Assembly (NCBI GenBank): GCA_035533275.1
Contig: DATLUD010000034.1
Span: forward strand, 28,067-92,066
Direction: 5' to 3'
DNA from: Candidatus Dormiibacterota bacterium
GTDB taxonomy: Bacteria; Vulcanimicrobiota; Vulcanimicrobiia; Vulcanimicrobiales; SCRA01
Length of the DNA stretch: 64,000 nt
Below are positions 26,781-36,833 of this stretch, one piece after another. Position numbers and translations under genes: made by a program. Each line of letters begins with the position of its first letter. Within the stretch, counting starts at the first letter, position 1. The notes under the pieces were generated by a model that was given only the letters and a program-made list of their open reading frames with translations, searched no databases and had not been told where the DNA came from.

Positions 26781-29700
26781 GTGACGAGCAAGGCGCAGCC
26801 GATCGACCTCTACGAGCGCCAGCGCGAGGCGATCGACTATCGCGGGGGCCATCTGCTGCTCTTGGCCGGCCCCGGCACGGGCAAGACGGAGACGCTGGTC
26901 CACCGCGCGGCCGCGCTCATCAACGAGGCGCGCGACGCCGGCGCGCAGCAGCCCGAGATCCTCATGCTGACCTTCGCCCGCAAGGCGGCGCGTCAGATGC
27001 GCGAGCGCGTGGCGAGCCGCATCGTCGCCGGGGGCCGCGTACCCGTCTGCTCCACCTTCCACGCATTTGCGCTGCACGTCGTCGACCGCTCCCGGCCACG
27101 CGCACTGGGCGAGCTCGGCATGCTCACGCCCGCCAAGGAGCGCCTGCTGGTCGAGCGCGTCTGCGGCGACGCGGCGCCGCGCCTGGCCGCGGCGCTCGGA
27201 GGCTTCACGGAGCCGGGCCTGCGCAGCAAGCGCTTCGCCGGCGATCTGGCGAATCTGATCGGGCGCTGCAAGCAGGAGCGCCTCGGCCCCGCCGAGCTCG
27301 CGCGCGCCGTACGCTCGCTCAAGGGGGACGGCGGAGCCGGCCAAGAGAGCACCGGTGAGGCGCTGGCGACCATCGCGGCGCTCTACGCGCAGTACGAGCT
27401 CGCGCGCGCGGAGCTGGCTCTGCGCGACTTTCGCGACCTCGTCAACGACGCCATCGCCGCGCTGCAGCGCGAGCCTCTGCGCTACGCGCACGTCTTCGTC
27501 GACGAGCTGCAGGACACCGATGCCGCCGAGTTGCGCCTGCTGGAGCTCCTGGTCGCCGCCGGCGCGAGGCTCACCGCCGTGGGCGACCCCAATCAGAGCA
27601 TCTACCGCTTTCGCAGCGCCTCGCCCGCCGCCATCGACGACGCGCGCGCCGCGTTCACGCCCCACGAGATCGCGCTCGACCAGAACCGGCGCTGTCCGGA
27701 GGCGATCGTCACGGCCGCCAACCGTCTGGCCGAGCCTCCGCCCGCCGGGCATCCGCTCGATCCGCCGGAACCGGTCCTGAGCCGCGAGAGTCTGACCTTC
27801 AGCGTGGTGACCCACGCCGGGAGCGTGCGCTGGCATCGCTTCGCCGACGCCGCCGAGGAGGCCGCCGGCATCGCGCGCGAGATCCGGCGCCTGGTCGGCG
27901 CCCCGCGCGCGGACGGCTCGGGGCCTCTGCGCTACCGCGACGTCGCGGTGATCCTCCGCGCGCCCGAGCGCCACGCAGAGCGGATCGCCATCGCTCTGCG
28001 CCGCGAGGGCATGCCCGTGGTGCGCAGCGGGGCATCGGCCTTCCTCGGCGATCTCGCCGTCGACTTCGTGCTCACGCACCTGCGTGCGCTCGCCGAGCCG
28101 CTCGACGCCGAGCGACTCCACCGCCTGCTCTCCTCGCCCGTGGTCGGCGTGCCGGCCCGCATGCTGCGCATCGCCGCGCGCAGGCTGGTCGGCCGGGGCG
28201 CCGATCCCGACGCGCTCGCGCTCAGCCAGGACCTGCTTCCGGCGGAGCGCGAGCGCGTCGCGCGCTTCGCCGCGGGTTTCCGTGAGATCGCCGCGCGGTG
28301 GCGCGCCGCCGGCGCGCGCGACCTGGTGCGCGAGATCGCGCGCGTCCACCGGCTGAGCGAGGCCATCGTGGCGCAGAGCTCCGAAGAGGCGCAACGCGCG
28401 TCGGCCGCTCGCCTGCAGGCGCTGATCGACCTCGCGGACGACGTCGACGCGGTCGTGCGCGCGGGTGCGGCGGAGCAGTTGGTCCACAGCGCCCGCGAGC
28501 TCTTCGACCTGGTGGCGGAGGACGAAGCGGCGCCGGAGATCGACGGCGTTGCGATCCTCTCGATGCACGCCGCCAAGGGCCTGGAATTTCCCGTCGCCTT
28601 CCTGCCCGCGGCCGTGCGCGGAGAGCTGCCCTCCCCGCCCCGCCCCGATCCGCTGCTCGACGACGAGATGCAGCAAGCGCTCTTCCATCACGCCGGGCTC
28701 CCGCCCCCACCCACGGCCGAGGAGCAGCTCGACGAGGAGCTGCGTCTCTTTTACGTCGCGTGCACGCGCGCATCGGAGCAGTTGATCGTCACCGGGTACG
28801 CCCAAGCCGAGGGCGCGCCGGTCGCCGACTCCGCATTCGTCGCGCGCCTGGGCCTCGGCGCTCGCGACGGGGAGGGACAGGCCCTCCCCGATCCCCTTCC
28901 CGCCGATGCGCCGCTCGACGACCTCACGCGCGACCTCGCGCTGCGCGCCGTGGCCGGGCGCGGAGGTGACGTCGCGCTCGCCGGCCTCTCGGCGGCGGCG
29001 CGGCGCATCGTCACCGACGCCGCGGCGCCGGCCCCGCAGCCGCCGGCCTCCCCGCCGTACACCGGCGATGCGTTCTCGCCGCGCGCGCTCGAGACGTACC
29101 TCCGCTGTCCACGCCAATTCTTCTTCGCCTACGTCGCGCGCGCGGAGGGCGACGAGCGCGAGTCGCCGCGGGCGCTGCTGGGCACCGTGCTCCATGAGGC
29201 GCTCGCGGCTCTCCATCGCGCCCACCCGGAGGGCGAGCGACTTCGCGAGCAGGGCTGGGAAGGCGTCTACGCGCTGCTCGAGCCGGGCATCGCCGCCGCG
29301 CTCGAACGCCGGCGCAGACGCGATCCCGAGAGCGTACCGCCCCCGGAATCGGCGCTCTGCGCGGGCATCGTGGCGCGCGCCCGCGAGTACGCCGCCAACT
29401 ACGCGCGCTGGCTCTGCGCGCGCCCGGAGAGCTTCGCCGTGCGCGAGACGGAGGTGGCGGTCGCGTTCACCGTGACTGGAGGCGACGGGCGCGCCCACCC
29501 GTTTCGCGGGCGCATCGACCGCGTCGACGAGCTCGCCGGCGCGCTGGTCGTGCGCGACTACAAGACGTCGCGCGAGCATCCGTTCGCGTCGTCGTTCCGC
29601 AAGCTCGCCGATGCGGAGGAGCTCCCGCTGGGCGGCGTCGACGGCGCGGTTCAGCTCCCGCTCTATGCCCTCGCCATCGAACAGAGCCGGCCTGGCACGC

Positions 29701-29996
29701 GCGTCGCCGCGCTCGATCTCCTCTTCTTACGCGGCTCCAAGCACGACGAAGGGACGGCCTTCTCGCGCATGGCCGCGATCGTCGCCGGCGAGAGCCTGCC
29801 GAAGGGCTCGCAAGATCTGGCGCGCGGCGAGCTGGAGCGCGGCATGCGGCGCATCGGCGACCTCTGCGGAGCCTTGCGCGACGGACGCGCCGGCTACCGC
29901 CCCGTGCCGGGCAACGCCTGCCGAACCTGCGCGTTCAATCGTGCCTGCGACAAGGCGGCGTCCGAGGACGGCGAGGAGCAGAGCGATGGCGAGTGA
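26781..29996 (+). CDS. UvrD-type helicase fused to PD-(D/E)XK nuclease, first subunit (AdnA/AddB-like)
   Basis: Has Walker A AGPGTGKT, FVDELQDT, VGDPNQSIYRFRSA and LFYVACTRA. The C-terminal nuclease has IDRVD...VVRDYKTS, plus Cys in YLRCPRQFF and CRTCAFNRAC. Confidence 0.85.
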   Translation: MTSKAQPIDLYERQREAIDYRGGHLLLLAGPGTGKTETLVHRAAALINEARDAGAQQPEILMLTFARKAARQMRERVASRIVAGGRVPVCSTFHAFALHVVDRSRPRALGELGMLTPAKERLLVERVCGDAAPRLAAALGGFTEPGLRSKRFAGDLANLIGRCKQERLGPAELARAVRSLKGDGGAGQESTGEALATIAALYAQYELARAELALRDFRDLVNDAIAALQREPLRYAHVFVDELQDTDAAELRLLELLVAAGARLTAVGDPNQSIYRFRSASPAAIDDARAAFTPHEIALDQNRRCPEAIVTAANRLAEPPPAGHPLDPPEPVLSRESLTFSVVTHAGSVRWHRFADAAEEAAGIAREIRRLVGAPRADGSGPLRYRDVAVILRAPERHAERIAIALRREGMPVVRSGASAFLGDLAVDFVLTHLRALAEPLDAERLHRLLSSPVVGVPARMLRIAARRLVGRGADPDALALSQDLLPAERERVARFAAGFREIAARWRAAGARDLVREIARVHRLSEAIVAQSSEEAQRASAARLQALIDLADDVDAVVRAGAAEQLVHSARELFDLVAEDEAAPEIDGVAILSMHAAKGLEFPVAFLPAAVRGELPSPPRPDPLLDDEMQQALFHHAGLPPPPTAEEQLDEELRLFYVACTRASEQLIVTGYAQAEGAPVADSAFVARLGLGARDGEGQALPDPLPADAPLDDLTRDLALRAVAGRGGDVALAGLSAAARRIVTDAAAPAPQPPASPPYTGDAFSPRALETYLRCPRQFFFAYVARAEGDERESPRALLGTVLHEALAALHRAHPEGERLREQGWEGVYALLEPGIAAALERRRRRDPESVPPPESALCAGIVARAREYAANYARWLCARPESFAVRETEVAVAFTVTGGDGRAHPFRGRIDRVDELAGALVVRDYKTSREHPFASSFRKLADAEELPLGGVDGAVQLPLYALAIEQSRPGTRVAALDLLFLRGSKHDEGTAFSRMAAIVAGESLPKGSQDLARGELERGMRRIGDLCGALRDGRAGYRPVPGNACRTCAFNRACDKAASEDGEEQSDGE

Positions 29997-32900
29997 GCAG
30001 CAGGAGCGCATCGTCCGTCACGACCTCGGCGCGCCGCTGGTCGTCATCGCGGGAGCCGGGAGCGGCAAGACCACCACGGTCGTCGAGCGGATCCGTTACC
30101 TGGTGCGCGAACGCCGTGTCGACCCCGCGCGCATCCTCGCCGTCTCGTTCTCGCGGAGCGCCGCCGGCGAGTTGTCCGAGCGCCTCCACGCCGCCCTCGG
30201 CAGGCGGGCCGACGCGATCTCGGTCTCCACGTTCCACGCCTTCTGCCTGGACGTCTTGCAGCGCCGGGCCTATCGCGCCGGCATCGACCCCGATCTGCGC
30301 GTGCTCGACGAGAGCGCCGCGCTCACGCGCTTCTACGGCGTCTACCGGGAGTTGCGCGACGGCCGCTTGGGCGTCGAGATGCCGCGGTCGATCGATCTGC
30401 TCGACGAGCGCTCGCTGCACGTGCTCTACGGTCTGGTCACCACGCTCTTGGAGGAAGGCCTGGGCCCCGAGGAGCTCGTCGCGCGCGAGCGCGAGGTGCG
30501 CGCCTCGCTGCTCCCTCCGCGTGGCGACCCGCCGCCGATCTCCGTCGACGGGGCGATGAAGGACGGCTTCTACCGGCGCAAGACGCCGACGGCGAACGTC
30601 GGCGATCCGAAGGCCGACGAGGCGCGCGAGCGGCTCCACCTCGCTCCCGGGCGCGCGACGCTGACGGGGCAGCTCGACGATGAGCGCCGCTTGGCGGTCA
30701 TGCTCGCCGCGCTCCTGCGGCGCTTCGACGCCGTGCTCGCCGAGCACGACGAGGTGACGTATGCCCATCTGGTGGCGCAAGTGGATCGCCTGCTCGACGA
30801 CCCCCGTCACCGGGCCGCCATTCGCGGCCGCTACGACCACTGCATCGTTGACGAGTATCAGGACACCAACGCGGCCCAGCAGCGGCTGATCCAGCACATC
30901 TTCGACGAGCGTCTGACCGGCGTGATGCTGGTCGGCGACCCGCGCCAATCGATCTACGGCTTTCGCAACGCGCGCCCGGAGGAGATCGAGCGCCTCGCCC
31001 GCAGCCACGGCCGCGCCGGCATCGACGACAACTACCGCTCGCGCCAGCCGATCCTCGATGCCGCCTGGGAGTCCCTGCGCGAGCAGCGTCCCGACGATCC
31101 GCGCTTGGTCCAGCGACGCGACGTTGAGCTCGACGGCGCCGAGACCACCTGCATCGCCGTCGCGTACTCGGGGCGCTCGGCGGCGCCCGCGCGCGTGCGC
31201 GAGGCGGAAGTGGTCGCCGGCGAGATCGCGCGCTTGGCGGCGGAGGAAGGCACGCCCTACGGAGAGATCGCGATCCTGTTGCGGGGCAAGCCGCATGCGC
31301 GCGAGTACGTGGAGGCCCTGGCGCGGCGCGGCATTCCCGCCCGCACCAGCGGCGGCGTCGGATTCTACGGCACGCCCGAGATCGAGGAGGCCCTGGCGTG
31401 GCTGCGCGTCGCGGACGACCCGACCGACGACGCGGCGCTGCTGCGCGTCCTGCGCTGCGGCGTCGTCGGCGTCAACGAGGCGGCGATCGCAACGCTGACC
31501 GCCGCCTCGCGCGCGGAGGGCGGCACCGGCCAAGGCCGCGTCGATCCCGGCGTGCGTCTCGCGCGCGCGGCCCTGGTGGATCCTCTCCCCGCGACGCTCG
31601 ATGCGCCAACCCGCGCGCGCCTCGAGACGCTGCGCGCCATCTCCGAAGAGGTCGCCGGCGTGCCGGCCCTGCCGCTGGCGGAGGGCGTCGCCCTCACGCT
31701 GCGCGCGAGCGGGCTGGAGCACCTCTACGCTCTGCGCGCGGACGAGGATCCCGTCGAACGCCAAGCGGTGGCCAACCTGCGCCGCCTGGAAGAGATCGCG
31801 CAGTCGTTCGCGCGCACCACGCCCGACGCGCGCATCGCGGACTTCCTGCGCTACCTCGACGCCCTCAACGAGGTGGCCTTCGACGAGCGCGAGGCCGACC
31901 CGCCCGCCGGCGACGCGGTCACCATCGCCACGATCCACTGGGCCAAGGGGCGCGAGTGGCGGGCCGTCTTCGTGGCCGACGTGGGCAAGAACGTCTTCCC
32001 CGTGAAGCGTCCGCCGCGCGGCGTGCTCTGGGACTTCCGCGAGCGCGCGCTGATCGTGACCCACGACCCCGCCGGAGCGCCGACCTATCATGCGCTGCGC
32101 GCGCGCTACGGCTTACAGGGCAAGGCCGAACGCGACCGCTGGCTCGAGGAGGCACGGGGCGAGGAGGAGCGGCTCTTCTACGTCGCGCTGACGCGCGCCC
32201 GGGACCGCGTCTACGTCTGCGGCCCGGAGTCCCTGCACAAGAACGGCGAGCACGGGCGATCGCCCTTTCTCGAGCGCTTTCGCGGACTCGAAGGCGTTCG
32301 ATTGATCGAGATCGCCGTCGACGGGGCGGCCGGCGAGGAGGAGACGCCACCCGCGGCGCAGGCTCGCGTTGCGCAGCCCTCGCTCTTCGCGCGGGACGGG
32401 GGCGAACTGGCGGCGCTGATCGCGGAGCGGGGCGAGCACGACGCGGCGATGCGGATCGCAGCGGCGGCGGGGACGGGCGCCCCCGGCGAGGAGCGCGCCC
32501 TCTCGTTCACCGCGCTCGACGCGTTCGCCGCCTGCCCGGCGCTCTACCGGTACCGCTATGCGCTCCGCCTCCCCGAGTTGGGCGAGGAGGCGATCTACGG
32601 AGAGCATCTGGATCTGGGAGCCGGCGCCTACGGAACGCTGATCCACGCGGCGCTCGAGCGCTACCAGCACGAGCGGATGAGCGGCGACGAGCAACCGGAT
32701 CTCATGGCGGCGCTCGACGCGGCGATCGACGACGCGGGCTTGCGCACGCGCATCGGGACCCGCGCCGCCGAGGCCCGGAACACGCTGCGGGCGTACCTCG
32801 CCCACCCGCTGGCGCACGCGCGTCCGCTGGGCGTGGAGGTTGCCTTCACCATCGAGCTGGCCGGGACGGCGATCACCGGCGCCATCGACTTCGTGGGGGA

Positions 32901-33234
32901 GCTTGACGGGCGGCCCGTCATCGTCGACTACAAGACCGGCTCCGGACCGCTCGATCACTATGGCCTCCAGCTCGCGATCTATCGCGAGGCCGCATACCGG
33001 CTCTACGGCGGCCGCGACTGGGAGCCGATGCTGCTGATCCTGCGCGACGGCGAGGTGCGCGAGGCGCGTCTCCCCGCGGTCGACGCCGAAGCCGCCGTCG
33101 CCACGCTGGTGGCGCGTCTCGCCGAGCGGCGCTGGGAGCCGGCCCCCGGCGACATCTGCCGCGTCTGCCCGTACCGCGGCCAGCCCTGCCGCGCCTACGC
33201 GCGCGCGGAGATAGAGGGATTCCCTACACGATGA
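29986..33234 (+). CDS. UvrD-type helicase fused to PD-(D/E)XK nuclease, second subunit (AdnB/AddA-like)
   Basis: Start at MASEQQERIV (ATG 29986), overlapping the first subunit by 11 nt. Has AGAGSGKTT, IVDEYQDTN, VGDPRQSIYGFRNA, NYRS and LFYVALTRA. The nuclease has IDFVGE...IVDYKTG and CRVCPYRGQPC. Confidence 0.85.
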   Translation: MASEQQERIVRHDLGAPLVVIAGAGSGKTTTVVERIRYLVRERRVDPARILAVSFSRSAAGELSERLHAALGRRADAISVSTFHAFCLDVLQRRAYRAGIDPDLRVLDESAALTRFYGVYRELRDGRLGVEMPRSIDLLDERSLHVLYGLVTTLLEEGLGPEELVAREREVRASLLPPRGDPPPISVDGAMKDGFYRRKTPTANVGDPKADEARERLHLAPGRATLTGQLDDERRLAVMLAALLRRFDAVLAEHDEVTYAHLVAQVDRLLDDPRHRAAIRGRYDHCIVDEYQDTNAAQQRLIQHIFDERLTGVMLVGDPRQSIYGFRNARPEEIERLARSHGRAGIDDNYRSRQPILDAAWESLREQRPDDPRLVQRRDVELDGAETTCIAVAYSGRSAAPARVREAEVVAGEIARLAAEEGTPYGEIAILLRGKPHAREYVEALARRGIPARTSGGVGFYGTPEIEEALAWLRVADDPTDDAALLRVLRCGVVGVNEAAIATLTAASRAEGGTGQGRVDPGVRLARAALVDPLPATLDAPTRARLETLRAISEEVAGVPALPLAEGVALTLRASGLEHLYALRADEDPVERQAVANLRRLEEIAQSFARTTPDARIADFLRYLDALNEVAFDEREADPPAGDAVTIATIHWAKGREWRAVFVADVGKNVFPVKRPPRGVLWDFRERALIVTHDPAGAPTYHALRARYGLQGKAERDRWLEEARGEEERLFYVALTRARDRVYVCGPESLHKNGEHGRSPFLERFRGLEGVRLIEIAVDGAAGEEETPPAAQARVAQPSLFARDGGELAALIAERGEHDAAMRIAAAAGTGAPGEERALSFTALDAFAACPALYRYRYALRLPELGEEAIYGEHLDLGAGAYGTLIHAALERYQHERMSGDEQPDLMAALDAAIDDAGLRTRIGTRAAEARNTLRAYLAHPLAHARPLGVEVAFTIELAGTAITGAIDFVGELDGRPVIVDYKTGSGPLDHYGLQLAIYREAAYRLYGGRDWEPMLLILRDGEVREARLPAVDAEAAVATLVARLAERRWEPAPGDICRVCPYRGQPCRAYARAEIEGFPTR

Positions 33235-34183
33235 GCGTCGCCAGGCGCTCCATGTCCACGTTCCCGCCGCTGACGACGATGCCCACCTTCTTGCCGGCGA
33301 TCTCCGCCTTGCGGTAGAGCGCCGCCGCCAGCGGCGTGGCGCCGGAGGGCTCCGCGAGCAGCTTTCCGCGCTCGAGCAGGAAGCGCAGGGCCTCGCGCGT
33401 CTCATCCTCCGAGACCAGCACGATGCCCGCCGCGAGGTCTCGCACGATCGGCCAGGTCAGGCGCCCGGGCGACGTGGTCTGCATCCCGTCGGCGATCGTC
33501 TTGGGCACCTCGATCTCCACGCGCTCGCCGCGCTGCCACGACTGCCACCAATCGTTGCCCGCTTCCGTCTCCACGCCGTAGACGCGGATGCCGGGACGCA
33601 TCGCCGTGGCGGCGACCACGGAGCCGGAGAGCAGTCCCCCTCCGCCCACGGGAACGAAGATCACGTCGAGGTCGGGGACGTCCTCGAGCAGCTCGAGCAC
33701 CGCCGTGCCTTGGCCGGCCATGATGCGCGGATCGTCGTACGGCGGGATCAGCGTGGCCCCCGTCTCCGCCTGCACCTTCCGCGCCACGTCCTCGCGATTC
33801 ACCTGGTAGCGGTCGTAGAGCACGACGTTCGCGCCATACCCTCTCGTGGCCGCCAACTTGGCCTTGGGGGCGTCGGTCGGCATCACGATCGTCGCCGCGA
33901 TGCCCAGCAGCTTGGCGGCGAGCGCCACGCCCTGGGCGTGGTTCCCCGAGGAGAAGGCGAGCACCCCGGCCGCACGCTCCTCCGGCGAGAGCTGGGCGAG
34001 CGCGTTGTAGGCGCCCCGGAACTTGAAGGCGCCGACCCGCTGCAGGTTCTCGCACTTCAGATACAGTGAAGCCCCCGCGCGCTCGTCGAGCGCGCGCACG
34101 CGCATCACCGGGGTGCGGTGCGCCACGCCGGCCAGGCGGTCCGAGGCCGCGCGGACGTCCTGGATGGTGATCGCGTGCTGCAT
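33224..34183 (-). CDS. PLP-dependent threonine/serine ammonia-lyase (threonine dehydratase-like)
   Basis: Has YLKCENLQRVGAFKFRGAYN (the PLP lysine motif) and GGGGLLSG. 319 aa, the short catabolic-type form. Its 3' end overlaps the convergent helicase gene by 11 nt. Confidence 0.85.
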   Translation of the reverse strand: MQHAITIQDVRAASDRLAGVAHRTPVMRVRALDERAGASLYLKCENLQRVGAFKFRGAYNALAQLSPEERAAGVLAFSSGNHAQGVALAAKLLGIAATIVMPTDAPKAKLAATRGYGANVVLYDRYQVNREDVARKVQAETGATLIPPYDDPRIMAGQGTAVLELLEDVPDLDVIFVPVGGGGLLSGSVVAATAMRPGIRVYGVETEAGNDWWQSWQRGERVEIEVPKTIADGMQTTSPGRLTWPIVRDLAAGIVLVSEDETREALRFLLERGKLLAEPSGATPLAAALYRKAEIAGKKVGIVVSGGNVDMERLATLIV

Positions 34184-34187
34184 GTCG

Positions 34188-34757
34188 CTAGTGTCCTCCG
34201 TAGATGTGTTGCACGGCGAAGAGCACCGCCAGCACCACCAGCACCACGCCGGCGGCGCGCTCGGCGCCCTCCTCGAAATGCGCGCCCAACCGGGCGCCGA
34301 ACGCCAAACCTGCCAAGGTGAAGACCACCGTGCTGAACGCGACGACCACCAGCATCTCCACGATCGGGAGGTGCAGCGACGGCATCGAGAAGCCCACGCC
34401 CAGCGAGTCGAGGCTGATCGAGAGCGAGGCCACCAGCAGCCCCGCGCCCGTATCGGTGCGAAATGCCTTGGACTCGCGTTCCGTGAAGCTCTCTCGGACC
34501 ATCAGGATGCCGAGGACGGCCAGGACGGCGAAGCCCAGGTAGGCCGCCACCTCCCCCGCGACCTTGCCCAGCCCCGATCCCAGCAGCACGCCGATGACCT
34601 GCATGGAGATCTCGGCCAACGAGAAGGCGATGCCGATGCGGACTCTCGCCCGCCAAGGAACCCCCGCGATGCCGATGCCGGTGGCGACGGCCAGCACGTC
34701 GAGCCCGATCGCCGCGGCCACCGCCAAGATCTTGACCGTCGTCCCGAGGTCAAACAT
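34188..34757 (-). CDS. mntP: manganese efflux pump MntP family
   Basis: 189 aa with 6 TM segments and duplicated halves containing DVLAV and LDSLGVGF motifs. Confidence 0.8.
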   Translation of the reverse strand: MFDLGTTVKILAVAAAIGLDVLAVATGIGIAGVPWRARVRIGIAFSLAEISMQVIGVLLGSGLGKVAGEVAAYLGFAVLAVLGILMVRESFTERESKAFRTDTGAGLLVASLSISLDSLGVGFSMPSLHLPIVEMLVVVAFSTVVFTLAGLAFGARLGAHFEEGAERAAGVVLVVLAVLFAVQHIYGGH

Positions 34758-34797
34758 AGAGGGCTCGGTTGCGCGACGGGGAGAACGGATTCCTGGT

Positions 34798-35268
34798 ATG
34801 CTCCAACCGTTCGAACCCGGCGGACGAGAGGCATGGCTGGCCGCGTTCCGTCAGGCCGTCGAGATCCGTCCGCGCTACTGCGAGACCGACCAGGTGGGTC
34901 ACGTCAGCAACACGTCGTACGGCCTCTACTTCGAGCAGGCTCGTTTGGCGTACGCGCGCGCGGCCCGCATCGATGAACCGCGCGGCCGCCTGAGCCTGGA
35001 CCACGTTGCAGCCGAGATCACCATGCGCTTCGTCGCGCCGTGCTACTACGACGAGGCGCTGCGCGTCCTGACCCGCTGCGTCCGCCTGGGGCGCTCGAGT
35101 CTGGAGCTGGAGCAGGCGATCGTGGGACCCGACGGAACGCTGCGCACCGTCTCGCGCACCGCGGCCGTCTCGTACGACTTCGACGCCGACCGGAGCCGGC
35201 CGTGGAGCGAGGCGCAGCGCGCGGGTGTGCGAGCGCTCGAGGGGCGAGAGATCGAGGAGGCTTCCTGA
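34798..35268 (+). CDS. 4HBT/YbgC-type hotdog-fold acyl-CoA thioesterase
   Basis: Start at MLQPFEPG. Has RYCETDQVGHVSNTSY. 156 aa. Confidence 0.75.
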   Translation: MLQPFEPGGREAWLAAFRQAVEIRPRYCETDQVGHVSNTSYGLYFEQARLAYARAARIDEPRGRLSLDHVAAEITMRFVAPCYYDEALRVLTRCVRLGRSSLELEQAIVGPDGTLRTVSRTAAVSYDFDADRSRPWSEAQRAGVRALEGREIEEAS

Positions 35269-35270
35269 TC

Positions 35271-36833
35271 ATGCGCGCAGCCGATCGTCTTGGGGAGCGC
35301 TTCAACGCCGCGTGGTGGTTCGTGGGACGCCACGTGGCCGAGGGCCGCGGCGATCACGCCGCCATCGTCTCCGACGACGGCGACCTCTCGTATGCCAAGC
35401 TCGACGACGACGTGCGCCGCTTCGCCACGGTGCTGCGCAACGAGGGCGTTCATCGCGGTGAGCGCGTCGCCCTGATCCTGCCGGACACGCGCGCTTGGGC
35501 CGTGGCCTTCTGGGGAACGCTGGCCGCCGGCGCCGTGGCGGTGCCCCTGAACACGCTGCTCAAGCCGGAGGAGTACCGCGCGATCCTGGGCGATTGCGAT
35601 GCCCGCATCGCCATCGTCGATCCCGCGATCGTCGACCGCGCGGCACTCGAGGTCGACGGCTGCGCCGCGTGGGACGGCGCCCATCTGCTGGGGCGAGTCG
35701 CCCTCGCCAAGCCGCGCGACGGCTACGCGCAGACCCACCGCGACGCGTTCGCCTTCTTCTTATACTCCAGCGGCACCACCGGCGAGCCCAAGGGCGTGGT
35801 GCACCTCCACCACGACGCCTGGGTCTGCGCCCGCACGTACGGCGAGAAGATCCTGCGCGTGCGCCCGAGCGACCGCGCCTTCAGCGTCGCCAAGCTCTTC
35901 TTCGCCTACGGACTGGGCAACGCGCAGTACTTTCCCATGGACGTCGGCGCCGCGTGCATCCTGTACGCCGGGCGCCCCGCGCCGCAGTCGATCTTCGAGC
36001 AGGTGGAGCGTCACCGGCCCACGCTCTTCTTCGGCGTGCCGACCGGATACGCGCAGATGCTGGCCGCGATGGACGCGGGAGCGAAGCCCGACTTCTCGAG
36101 CGTGCGCGCCTGCGTGAGCGCCGGCGAGGCGCTCCCCGCCCCGATCTTCGAGCGCTGGCGCGACCGTACGGGATTGGAGATCCTCGACGGCATCGGATCC
36201 ACCGAGATCTGTCACATCTTCCTCTCCAACACGCCGGGCGCGTGCCGGCCCGGATCGAGCGGACACCCCGTGCCCGGCTACCGCGTGCGCATCGTCGACG
36301 ACGACGGGCGCGACATCGGCGGCGAGGGCGTCGGCGATCTTCTCGTGGAAGGCGACTCGACGATGGCGCTCTACTGGAACAAGCACGAGCGGACCAAGGC
36401 CGTGCTCGAGGGCTCCTGGATCCGCACGGGCGACAAGTACCACCGCGACGCCGACGGCTACTACTGGCACTCCGGGCGCAGCGACGACATGCTGAAGGTG
36501 GGCGGCATCTGGGTCTCGCCCGTCGAGGTCGAGGCCGCGCTCACCGCGCACGATGCCGTGCTGGAGTGCGCCGTGGTGGGGCGCGAGGACGACGACGGCC
36601 TGGTGAAGCCGCATGCCTTCGTCGTGGTCAAGGATGGGGCCGCGAAGCCGACGGAGGGCGAGCTCCAAGCGTTCGTGAAGGCGCGGCTCGCGCCGTACAA
36701 GTATCCGCGCTGGGTCACCTTCCTCGACGCGTTGCCCAAGACGGCGACGGGCAAGATCCGGCGCTTCCAGCTGCGGGCGCAGTTCCAACCCGGCCAACCG
36801 GCGGGACGCCACCTCGGCCACCTCCCTACTTGA
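35271..36833 (+). CDS. benzoate-CoA ligase family AMP-forming acyl/aryl-CoA ligase
   Basis: Start at MRAADRLGERFNAAWWF, 2 nt after the thioesterase stop. Has YSSGTTGEPKGV, GIGSTE, YWHSGRSDDMLKVGG and PKTATGKIRRF. Confidence 0.85.
   Translation: MRAADRLGERFNAAWWFVGRHVAEGRGDHAAIVSDDGDLSYAKLDDDVRRFATVLRNEGVHRGERVALILPDTRAWAVAFWGTLAAGAVAVPLNTLLKPEEYRAILGDCDARIAIVDPAIVDRAALEVDGCAAWDGAHLLGRVALAKPRDGYAQTHRDAFAFFLYSSGTTGEPKGVVHLHHDAWVCARTYGEKILRVRPSDRAFSVAKLFFAYGLGNAQYFPMDVGAACILYAGRPAPQSIFEQVERHRPTLFFGVPTGYAQMLAAMDAGAKPDFSSVRACVSAGEALPAPIFERWRDRTGLEILDGIGSTEICHIFLSNTPGACRPGSSGHPVPGYRVRIVDDDGRDIGGEGVGDLLVEGDSTMALYWNKHERTKAVLEGSWIRTGDKYHRDADGYYWHSGRSDDMLKVGGIWVSPVEVEAALTAHDAVLECAVVGREDDDGLVKPHAFVVVKDGAAKPTEGELQAFVKARLAPYKYPRWVTFLDALPKTATGKIRRFQLRAQFQPGQPAGRHLGHLPT

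Noticed and set aside
25734-29579. 1281-aa ORF on the minus strand, the longest ORF in the window
   Set aside because: It is antisense to the GH5-like, 146-aa and first helicase-nuclease genes, which have clear motifs. Its translation is Arg/Ala/Gly/Pro-rich with no motif. This is the typical shadow ORF of GC-rich coding DNA.
26781-33234. Helicase-nuclease pair as a novel anti-phage system
   Set aside because: The architecture and motifs match the housekeeping AdnAB/AddAB end-resection machines. There are no accompanying defence-island genes, methyltransferases or mobile elements.
34758-34797. Expected yybP-ykoY manganese riboswitch upstream of mntP
   Set aside because: Only 40 bp separate mntP from the divergent thioesterase gene. 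That is too short for the riboswitch, and no conserved riboswitch blocks are seen.
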